A stretch of DNA of 64,000 nt from an uncultured virus (IMG/VR IMGVR_UViG_3300032167_007731) (taxonomy: Duplodnaviria; Heunggongvirae; Uroviricota; Caudoviricetes), in the IMG/VR virus record IMGVR_UViG_3300032167_007731, one strand, 5' to 3'. Below the pieces are notes generated by a model. That model made no database searches, was not told the DNA's origin, and worked only from the letters and a program-made list of their open reading frames with translations. The translations under genes were made by a program, and so were the position numbers. This document shows positions 37,377 through 45,301 of the stretch, piece after piece (positions within the stretch are counted from its first letter, which is position 1; every line of letters starts with the position of its first letter).

Positions 37377-39671
37377 CTAACTATTGTGAGATAAATTATA
37401 ATTCGTTGTCAAACCAAATTTTTTACGAATAGTATTAATTTCTCTCTGTGAAATAGTCTCTCTTACATCTCTACCACATCTAGGACAAATATCACCAATA
37501 ATACCTGTATAACCACATACTGGGTCTCTATCAACAGGAACATTTATTGCACCATAACCTACACCATTTTCTTTCATACAACGAATAATTGCTTCAAAAG
37601 CATCTAAATTTTGTGTAGCATCACCATCAAACTCAATATAACAAATATGACCTGCATTTTCTAAATTATGATAAGGTGCTTCTTTTTTTATTTTATCTAC
37701 AAAACCTATTTGAAAACCTACTGGAATATGACTACTATTTGTATAGTAATCTTTATCTGTTACACCTTTAATTACACCATACTTTTTCTTATCTTTTCTA
37801 ACAAATGTACCTGAAAGTCCTTCTGCTGGAGTTCCAAGAACACTCCAATTCAAATGTACTTTCTTACCACTACTTAAAGTATACCACTCTTTCTGCCAAG
37901 CATCTGTCATTTCTCTCATATGACCTATAATTTTAAGACCTAATTCTTGAGCCTTATCACTTTGACCATGATGCTCTCCAATTAATGCTGTTAGACATTC
38001 TGCAAGACCTATAAATCCTATACTCAAAGTTCCTTGCCCTAATACACTTTCAACTGAATCTTCTGGACCTAACTTATCACTACCAAGCCATAAACCCTGA
38101 CCCATTAAGAAAGGATAATTATAAACATGTTTAGTACATTGGAACTTAAATCTCTTAATTAACTGTCTCTTAACTAAAAACATTTTTTCATCTAATAATT
38201 CAAAGAATTTATCTAAATCACCTTTTGATTCTATACCTAATCTTGGAAGATTTATTGAAGTAAATGAAAGATTACCACGAGCAGGAGCAACTTCATTTTT
38301 AGGGTCATAAGCATTACCTATAACACGAGTTCTACAACCCATTGTTGCTAATTCCGTTCTAAAATCACCTTTTTTATAATACTGTAAATTAAAAGGTGCA
38401 TCCAAAAATTCATATGTTGGGAATAATCTCTTTGCACTTACTCTAATAGATAACTTAAATAAATCATAATTAGGGTCTTCTGGATTATAATTTACACCAT
38501 CTTTTACCTTAAATATACTAATAGGGAATATTGCAGTTTCTCCCGCACCTAATCCTGCTTCAGTAGCTAAAAGTAAATTACGAGTAACCATTCTACCCTC
38601 TTCACTTATATCTGTACCTAGGTTGGCACTAGTGAATGGAACCTGGGCTCCTGCACGGGAGTGCATAGAATTTAAATTATGTACCAAAGCTTCCATAGCC
38701 TGATAAGTTTCTTTTTCAGTCTTTTTTAAAGCCTTTTTTAATACAATATCTATATTTTCTTTACTAAAACCATTATTACCTAATATTTTGTCTATCACTT
38801 CATTTCCTTTTTCAGAAATAATATGATATTTTAATGGTTTTAATTGCTTTCTTAATTCTTTCTTAATTTCAGATTTAACATCCTCATCAATATCAAATCT
38901 ATCTTCTAACACTTGACATATTTCACTCACATAAGTTTTCGCAACACCTGGAGCTAAATAATAGTCTAATGCTGGTATTGATTGTCCTCCATGCATCTCA
39001 TTTTGATTGCATTGTAAAGCAATCGCTGTTAATGCCGCATAACTTCTAATACTTTCAGGTTCTCTCAAATAACCATGACCTGTACTAAAACCACCTTCAA
39101 ATAACTTATCTAAAGGTATTTGACAACAAGTTTCTGTTAAGCTATAAAAATCAAGGTCATGAATGTGAATATCTCCACTTTTATGAGCATCACTTACATC
39201 CCTATCTAAAAGATATAAATGATTAAACTCTTTTGCTGCTTCAGAACCATACTTTAACATTGTACCCATCGCTGTATCCGCGTCTATATTAGCATTTTCA
39301 CGCTTCATATCTGCATGTTTAGCATCTACAAATGTCAAATCCTCAAAAATCTTCATCAAATCTGCTCTCATTTCACGAGTTCTATTTCTCTCTGCACGAT
39401 ACAAAATATACTCTTTTGCAATAGACGCATGACCCAATGATACTAACACTTCTTCAACAACATCTTGAACTTGTTCGACAGTAGGACTTTTACGCCCATT
39501 AAACACCTCACAAAGTTTATCATCCACTTTTTCCGCAACTTCTTCTGCCAATTTTACATACTCATTTGCTTCCAAACCAATAGATACAGCAGCCATTAAA
39601 ACTGCATCCTGTATCTTTGAAACTTCATAAGGTACTTTTCTACCATCTCTTTTGATAATTGTCTTAATCAA
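37377..39671 (-). CDS. nrdD: Anaerobic (class III) ribonucleoside-triphosphate reductase, catalytic barrel lacking the glycyl-radical loop
   Basis: ATP cone IIKRDGRKVPY; HKSGDIHIHDLDFY, ETCCQI, MGCRT, RGNLSFTSINLPR, TPAEG, YYTNSSH; ends after DPVCG...CPRCG with no RxxGY. Confidence 0.95.
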   Translation of the reverse strand: MIKTIIKRDGRKVPYEVSKIQDAVLMAAVSIGLEANEYVKLAEEVAEKVDDKLCEVFNGRKSPTVEQVQDVVEEVLVSLGHASIAKEYILYRAERNRTREMRADLMKIFEDLTFVDAKHADMKRENANIDADTAMGTMLKYGSEAAKEFNHLYLLDRDVSDAHKSGDIHIHDLDFYSLTETCCQIPLDKLFEGGFSTGHGYLREPESIRSYAALTAIALQCNQNEMHGGQSIPALDYYLAPGVAKTYVSEICQVLEDRFDIDEDVKSEIKKELRKQLKPLKYHIISEKGNEVIDKILGNNGFSKENIDIVLKKALKKTEKETYQAMEALVHNLNSMHSRAGAQVPFTSANLGTDISEEGRMVTRNLLLATEAGLGAGETAIFPISIFKVKDGVNYNPEDPNYDLFKLSIRVSAKRLFPTYEFLDAPFNLQYYKKGDFRTELATMGCRTRVIGNAYDPKNEVAPARGNLSFTSINLPRLGIESKGDLDKFFELLDEKMFLVKRQLIKRFKFQCTKHVYNYPFLMGQGLWLGSDKLGPEDSVESVLGQGTLSIGFIGLAECLTALIGEHHGQSDKAQELGLKIIGHMREMTDAWQKEWYTLSSGKKVHLNWSVLGTPAEGLSGTFVRKDKKKYGVIKGVTDKDYYTNSSHIPVGFQIGFVDKIKKEAPYHNLENAGHICYIEFDGDATQNLDAFEAIIRCMKENGVGYGAINVPVDRDPVCGYTGIIGDICPRCGRDVRETISQREINTIRKKFGLTTNYNLSHNS

Positions 39672-39868
39672 TGTAGAACACCCCTTATTATTAAATTTTT
39701 ATTATACTCTATTATAAAATAGCTATGTCTTTATTAAAAACCCTCCTATCATTTATGTCCAAGATAAAACGCATCAGTTAAATTATATTATAATATGTCT
39801 GCAATATATACACAAAAACAATAAGAAAATTTTATTTTTTTGACAAAACTCATTTTATTTTACATAAC

Positions 39869-39897
39869 AAAAAATGCTCACCAATGGTGAGCATTTT
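39869..39897 (-). terminator. Intrinsic terminator
   Basis: AAAATGCTCACC-aat-GGTGAGCATTTT with U-tract on minus. Confidence 0.88.
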
Positions 39898-39904
39898 CAT
39901 ATTT

Positions 39905-41173
39905 TTAATTATTCTCTTCTTCCAAAACTTCTTCTTCTGACTTATTCCAAATAACTTTTATTTTCATAACTCTATGTGAATCTGTTTCAGTTATTGTTAT
40001 ATCTAAATCCTCATAAACAAACTTATCATCCTTTTCAGGTATCCTACCTAATTGTTCCATCACCCAACCACCTAATGATACACTATCACATTCACATTTA
40101 ATATCATAAAAATCACAGAAATCATCAAAGTTCACAGAACAATCAACTTCATATGTATTTTCACCAATTTCCTTAAAAGGCTCAATTATTTCATCATGTT
40201 CATCCCATATTTCACCAACTAATTCTTCAAGTATATCTTCCATAGTTACAATACCATGAGTTCCACCAAATTCATCAATTACAACTGCAATATGAGATTT
40301 ATTTGTCTGTAATATCTTCAAAATATCATTTATTTTTTCTGATTTTTGAATAAACACAGGTTTAACCATAATATCTTTTATATCTTTTTCAGTTATACCC
40401 TTTTCTGTAAAGAAATCTTTCAAGTGAATAACACCTAAAACATTATCTATACTTTCCTCATAAACCAACAATCTTGAAAATTGAGAAGTATTAAATACCT
40501 CTGCTATCTTTTCTTTATCCTCATCAATAGATACTGCTTCTATATCCACACGATGAGTTATAATATCTTCTGCCTTATGTTCATTAAACTCAATAGCATT
40601 TTTAATTAACTCACCATCTTCAATATCCAAATTACCATCTTGTTGTATTTCTTCTACCATAGTTAGCAGTTCATCAGAAGAAGTACCACTATCTTCTTTT
40701 ATTCTAAAAATTATCGATAATAACTTTTTCCATTGACTAAATATAAAATTTATAGGTGTTAGTAAAATTATCAACATATTTATAAAAGGTGCTGAAAACA
40801 TAGCAAAATTTTCAGGACAATCTTTTGCAATACTTTTTGGAGATATTTCACCAAAAATTAAAACAATTATAGTTATAACAATTGTTGAAATTGTTGCACC
40901 ATGTACCTTATCCAAATTCATAAAAAATACAACACCTAATGAAGATAATGTAATATTTACAACATTATTTCCTATTAAAATAGTAGATAATAACTTATCA
41001 TACTCTTCTGCTAATTTCAAAGTCAACTCTGCTCTTTTATTTTTACCATCACTTTTCTCTATCATTGTCTTTAACTTCGTCTTATTTAACGAAGAAAAGG
41101 CTGTTTCTGTTGCTGAAAAATATGCTGACAACATCAGACACACAACCATTGCAACTATCAAATTTATATCCAA
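39905..41173 (-). CDS. HlyC/CorC (CNNM/CorB-type) transporter: DUF21 + CBS pair + CorC domain
   Basis: SAYFSATETA, TILIGNN, IFGEISPK, FSRLLVYE, VIDEFGGTHGIVTMEDILEELVGEIWDEHD; likely TTG start at 41173 behind AAGGAG. Confidence 0.95.
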   Translation of the reverse strand: MDINLIVAMVVCLMLSAYFSATETAFSSLNKTKLKTMIEKSDGKNKRAELTLKLAEEYDKLLSTILIGNNVVNITLSSLGVVFFMNLDKVHGATISTIVITIIVLIFGEISPKSIAKDCPENFAMFSAPFINMLIILLTPINFIFSQWKKLLSIIFRIKEDSGTSSDELLTMVEEIQQDGNLDIEDGELIKNAIEFNEHKAEDIITHRVDIEAVSIDEDKEKIAEVFNTSQFSRLLVYEESIDNVLGVIHLKDFFTEKGITEKDIKDIMVKPVFIQKSEKINDILKILQTNKSHIAVVIDEFGGTHGIVTMEDILEELVGEIWDEHDEIIEPFKEIGENTYEVDCSVNFDDFCDFYDIKCECDSVSLGGWVMEQLGRIPEKDDKFVYEDLDITITETDSHRVMKIKVIWNKSEEEVLEEENN

Positions 41174-41229
41174 TTTTAACACTCCTTAACACTTTCTCTT
41201 AATATATTTACATTACTTATAATTTGACA

Positions 41230-41274
41230 TAAAAAGGCATGCCCACAGCCTTATATCATAGACGTAGGTATGCC
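41230..41274 (-). terminator. Attenuator-type intrinsic terminator in the leader of the CorC gene
   Basis: Minus: GGCAUACCUACGUCU-loop-AGGCUGUGGGCAUGCC-UUUUU, between the promoter and the CDS. Confidence 0.8.
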
Positions 41275-41330
41275 AATTTGTAAATATATAAAGCAGATTT
41301 AGTATTACTCGCGTCGCCATCTGAATCCAT
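41256..41330 (-). CDS. Putative 24-aa leader peptide (uORF) MDSDGDASNTKSALYIYKLAYLRL
   Basis: GAGGA RBS; acidic N-terminus; stop codon falls in the loop of the terminator hairpin. Confidence 0.65.
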   Translation of the reverse strand: MDSDGDASNTKSALYIYKLAYLRL

Positions 41331-41365
41331 ACTAAAACTTCCTCACTTTCTTAAAACTTTAATTC

Positions 41366-41394
41366 ATTATAACATATTATAAATAACTTGTCAA
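41366..41394 (-). promoter_or_regulatory. Consensus sigmaA promoter (extended -10)
   Basis: Minus: TTGACA-agttatttataatatgt (17)-TATAAT. Confidence 0.9.
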
Positions 41395-41412
41395 CACCTA
41401 AACAATAATTTA

Positions 41413-42507
41413 TTACTCATCATCACCTGTGTACTTTGTTTGAGTACCATTCGCCAAAAATTGATAATGTGGATTATAACCTGCCTCTGCTGCCTCCTGA
41501 AAACTATCAAATTTTCTATCAACATTAACATTTACATAATTACCATTCTTATCTTTTTGCTGACCAGCATAACAATAATATTTTACACCATTTTGAGTAA
41601 AACCTATAATAAATGACTTCATCTTTACACGATAACCTGAAACACTTACAACATCTATGTCATAACCATTTAAAAATGTTGAATCCTGAAACATCAAAAG
41701 CAAACTTGGACTTTCTATACTATTTATAGTCGTTTGAGCACCCGAAGAAGAAGGCATATAAAAAGCATTTAATTTATTCTTTGTTCTCTGAACATTTCTT
41801 GTATGTATAGCATAGTTCATATCCTCTGTAATGCATTGACTTATAGCCTGTCTTTTTAACCTTCTAAACTCTTCATCTGTAGGTATTGCAATACCATCTA
41901 ATGTACCTAATTGAGTATTTACATCCTCTGGATTTGCAAAACTATCTAATGCCATAATACCACCACCACCGTCTACTGTTTTCCATACACCTGTTAAATC
42001 CTCTGTTACTAAATTTACAGCAAAAACAATATTATCACAAGTCAATAAATAAGGTCTTTTTGGACCCCAAAGTAATCCATAGTCCTCACCCACTACTTTT
42101 TTACCCTCTGGTGACTCTGTATCATCATCTTTTTCTACTTCTTCTAAAATATAATAACCATCAATAGCACATAAAGCTGCTGTTGGAATACAATCCTCTA
42201 TTTTCTTTAAGTTTTCTTCACTACTTGACATATCATAAGATAAGCATAAAACATTAGAAAATGTTTCTAAAACCTTTGAATGATTCAAATGAATATTATT
42301 CAATTCATTATTAGCATAGTCAGTACCTACTGAATCCGCAGAAACAGCAGACCTAAAAGCAGCCTCAACAGCATAATCAACTGCCTGTGCTAATCTTAAT
42401 TCCTCAAACTGTCGCCTATTTGTATTTTCAATATTATTTATAACTATTAGCATTATAGCAATTATAACAACTGCAATTAAATTAAATATAGCACTCCATA
42501 CTTTCAT
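41413..42507 (-). CDS. Minor pilin-like / TadG-like protein
   Basis: N-terminal TM followed by RLAQAVDYAVEAA helix (TadG-like pattern); C-terminal FDSFQEAAEAGYNP; last gene of the pilin cluster. Confidence 0.6.
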   Translation of the reverse strand: MKVWSAIFNLIAVVIIAIMLIVINNIENTNRRQFEELRLAQAVDYAVEAAFRSAVSADSVGTDYANNELNNIHLNHSKVLETFSNVLCLSYDMSSSEENLKKIEDCIPTAALCAIDGYYILEEVEKDDDTESPEGKKVVGEDYGLLWGPKRPYLLTCDNIVFAVNLVTEDLTGVWKTVDGGGGIMALDSFANPEDVNTQLGTLDGIAIPTDEEFRRLKRQAISQCITEDMNYAIHTRNVQRTKNKLNAFYMPSSSGAQTTINSIESPSLLLMFQDSTFLNGYDIDVVSVSGYRVKMKSFIIGFTQNGVKYYCYAGQQKDKNGNYVNVNVDRKFDSFQEAAEAGYNPHYQFLANGTQTKYTGDDE

Positions 42508-42524
42508 AGTCTCACCTCTCTACT

Positions 42525-43001
42525 TTATCTTACTGTTCCAGCAAGACTAAATGAAAATTTACCTTTATCTACCCTTAATACAGTCCAAAATAGTCTCTTA
42601 CCTGGTGATAATGCAGATTCTTCTACATGAACTTTAACAACATCCTTTATATTTAATTTTACATTATCTAAATCTCCTGCTTCTAATCTTTCTACATCAT
42701 CCAATTTCAAATATAAAGATTTTGTTTTATCGCCTGGTAATTCCTCCTCTACTAATTGATATCTATAAACATCTATATCAAATGAATTACCATGTGAGTT
42801 AACAGCCATATATAACTCATTCAAATCCTGCTGTGTTATTAAAGCCTTATCAGTAGTTTTATCTATAAATTGAGTCACATCATTTAAAACCAATCTTTCT
42901 GTTACCATATCTGTACTCATATAAGAAATAAGTAGAGGTGCTAAAACCAATAAAACAAATATTAAAATTATTGTTATTACTTTATTTAAAAAATCTGACA
43001 T
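42525..43001 (-). CDS. Minor pilin-like single-TM protein
   Basis: N-terminal hydrophobic helix plus small globular domain; Tad-like locus context. Confidence 0.6.
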   Translation of the reverse strand: MSDFLNKVITIILIFVLLVLAPLLISYMSTDMVTERLVLNDVTQFIDKTTDKALITQQDLNELYMAVNSHGNSFDIDVYRYQLVEEELPGDKTKSLYLKLDDVERLEAGDLDNVKLNIKDVVKVHVEESALSPGKRLFWTVLRVDKGKFSFSLAGTVR

Positions 43002-43017
43002 TTAACTATACCCCCTC

Positions 43018-43626
43018 TTATCTCTTTAAATCAATCATATGTTCTTCCCACTCTTCAAAAGAATCCTTTGTATGAACCATATATCTTTCCTCTTCTTCAC
43101 CTGGTACTTCATATTGATAATGTATAGAATATTTCTTTTGAAAAGCACCTGTATCTGTTTCTTTTAAATCTCTTACTATTCTTCTTACTTTTGAACGATT
43201 TAACATATACACTTGTAAATCATTTACAGTTTCATCATAAGATACATTATTCTTATTATCACCCTCTTGAACTGTTACAGTATAATTCTCACCTAAACCA
43301 CCTATAGAAGAATCATATACTGTATTAGTATCTGCACCTTCATTAACACCTTTTAAATCTATCTTATTAGGTTCTCCCATTCTTGTATCTTGAACGTACA
43401 TAAACAATACTAATTCAGGATATGTATATTTCCTTTGCAACACATCTTCATAAGTATCTAAGTCATCATATTCAACTACATTATTCAAAACAGCCTTATC
43501 CTCATAATTTGCGTCATATTGCATTACATCACCATTAACCAAAGGAATAATAAAACCAAATGCAATAGCAACAACTATACCTAATACAAGAATAGCAGTT
43601 AATAAATCTAAAATGCCATCTACCAT
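43018..43626 (-). CDS. Minor pilin-like single-TM protein
   Basis: N-terminal hydrophobic helix; locus context. Confidence 0.58.
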   Translation of the reverse strand: MVDGILDLLTAILVLGIVVAIAFGFIIPLVNGDVMQYDANYEDKAVLNNVVEYDDLDTYEDVLQRKYTYPELVLFMYVQDTRMGEPNKIDLKGVNEGADTNTVYDSSIGGLGENYTVTVQEGDNKNNVSYDETVNDLQVYMLNRSKVRRIVRDLKETDTGAFQKKYSIHYQYEVPGEEEERYMVHTKDSFEEWEEHMIDLKR

Positions 43627-43640
43627 TTGATATCACTCCT

Positions 43641-44045
43641 TTAATCTATTTTTTCATTACTCACAATAACTTTATAACCACCATAAGGTCTATCCTTTAC
43701 TAATACATGAACTTTACCCTCTAAATGTTTTATCACACAAGGGTTATCATCAGTTAAATCTACAACACCACCACCACAAATCTTACACTCAAATTCAGGC
43801 ACTGCATTACTATAAGTTTTTAAAACATTATATATGGCAGCAGAAGGCATAATCACCTCATTCTTTCCTGATAATTCCTCTAAAACAGAAGACTCCATTG
43901 TAGCAACTATATCACTACCTGTTTCTGACGCTTGATTTGCAACATCATTACCCAAATAAACAGTAAACCATATTATACTTATTACCGCACATATCGCCAC
44001 CAAAGCCACAGATATTTCTACTGTCAATGAAACTTCTCTTTCCAT
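43641..44045 (-). CDS. Minor pilin-like single-TM protein
   Basis: ATG 44045 (MEREVSLTVEISVALVAICAVISII) resembles the major pilin N-terminus; CKIC...C in the head domain. Confidence 0.62.
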   Translation of the reverse strand: MEREVSLTVEISVALVAICAVISIIWFTVYLGNDVANQASETGSDIVATMESSVLEELSGKNEVIMPSAAIYNVLKTYSNAVPEFECKICGGGVVDLTDDNPCVIKHLEGKVHVLVKDRPYGGYKVIVSNEKID

Positions 44046-44061
44046 ATAATCACCTACTTTT

Positions 44062-44652
44062 TTAATCAATATCTCTCATAAATATTATTGCATCATACTC
44101 ATATAAATCTGAATTATATACAGGTAAGCAATAAAAACCATTTGTTTCTGTTACACTTGAACCTAGCCACTCACTCAATTTCGATGGTTGCCAATCTGTA
44201 AACTCATCTTTACCTGTTAATCCTTTTAATTCTATTTCATCATCCTCTGCATCACTGTATAACTTCAATGAAGTACCTTTTAAGTCAAATATATAAATAT
44301 CATATTCTCTTGGAAAAGTACCTACAAACTTTATTACGTCATCACCTTTCATCTTTACAACACAATCACTGTAATTACTCAATATTTTTGTTTCAAAAAA
44401 ATTTGAAGTATAACCACTAAAGTTTAAGCCACCATCTATACCTTTAAGAACACTTGTTTCTATCTGTTTACCTGAGGTATATTCATACAATTTTCTCATT
44501 TCACCCAACTCAACCATTGCATTATTCTGTTGAATTTTTAAATCTAATGAGTTACGAGCAACACCACCAAAAAAAGAGATTATTAAAATCAATATCGCAA
44601 ACAAAAAACACTCTATACATATATTTATAGCCTCTCTTAATTCATTACTCAT
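44062..44652 (-). CDS. Minor pilin-like single-TM protein
   Basis: MSNELREAINICIECFLFAILILIISFF; KGDDVIKFV motif shared with neighbours. Confidence 0.62.
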   Translation of the reverse strand: MSNELREAINICIECFLFAILILIISFFGGVARNSLDLKIQQNNAMVELGEMRKLYEYTSGKQIETSVLKGIDGGLNFSGYTSNFFETKILSNYSDCVVKMKGDDVIKFVGTFPREYDIYIFDLKGTSLKLYSDAEDDEIELKGLTGKDEFTDWQPSKLSEWLGSSVTETNGFYCLPVYNSDLYEYDAIIFMRDID

Positions 44653-44671
44653 TTACACTCACCTCACAAGA

Positions 44672-45175
44672 TTATTTCTTTTCTATCACAATAGCAGTAA
44701 CCTCACCAAAATTCAAATTACCATATGCGTCTTCACCTTTTCTATCCAATAACTCACTATAATCATCTCTATTATACTCACCAAATACTAAATAAGAAGT
44801 ATATTCAACACCCCTTGTCGCTTTCATAAGTTCATCTATTTTAAATCTATCTGAATCTAAACCATCAGCTTTTTCTATTTCATAAGTATAATAGCGACCA
44901 CCTATACCCTCAAAATCATCAACATACACTTCAATATCACTATCAAAAAATTCTCTTATACATACAATAACATCATCAGTATAAATTGTCTCATTATTAT
45001 ATCTATTTAATGTTGTGTATGCACTCATATTTCTTTGACTTGCCAATTCATTATTATTTACAACAGCCAAATCACTCCTTATATTCATAGCAAAAGCAAT
45101 TAATCCTAAAACTGCTGCTGCTAGCATACAACCTATTGCTATATAAATAGTTTCTTTTATTTCTGAAGAAAACAT
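44672..45175 (-). CDS. Minor pilin-like single-TM protein
   Basis: MFSSEIKETIYIAIGCMLAAAVLGLIAF; RYNNETIYTDDVIVCIREF aligns with the major pilin DYNDKIVTGTMVKSAVQNF. Confidence 0.65.
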   Translation of the reverse strand: MFSSEIKETIYIAIGCMLAAAVLGLIAFAMNIRSDLAVVNNNELASQRNMSAYTTLNRYNNETIYTDDVIVCIREFFDSDIEVYVDDFEGIGGRYYTYEIEKADGLDSDRFKIDELMKATRGVEYTSYLVFGEYNRDDYSELLDRKGEDAYGNLNFGEVTAIVIEKK

Positions 45176-45250
45176 ACTTATCCCCTCCTTTATTCAATCA
45201 TATAATAATAATTTTTTATGCATTAAAAATTATATAAACTGTCTATAAAT

Positions 45251-45286
45251 AAATAAAGTATGTGCTTTTTTGCACATACTTTATTT
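45251..45286 (-). terminator. Intrinsic terminator
   Basis: AAATAAAGTATGTGC-tttttt-GCACATACTTTATTT. Confidence 0.85.
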
Positions 45287-45301
45287 TAATATTTAAGCAT
45301 A

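Noticed and set aside
41174..41365. M-box (ykoK) riboswitch upstream of corC
   Set aside because: The leader before the terminator is too short and lacks recognisable M-box sequence; a uORF attenuator fits better.
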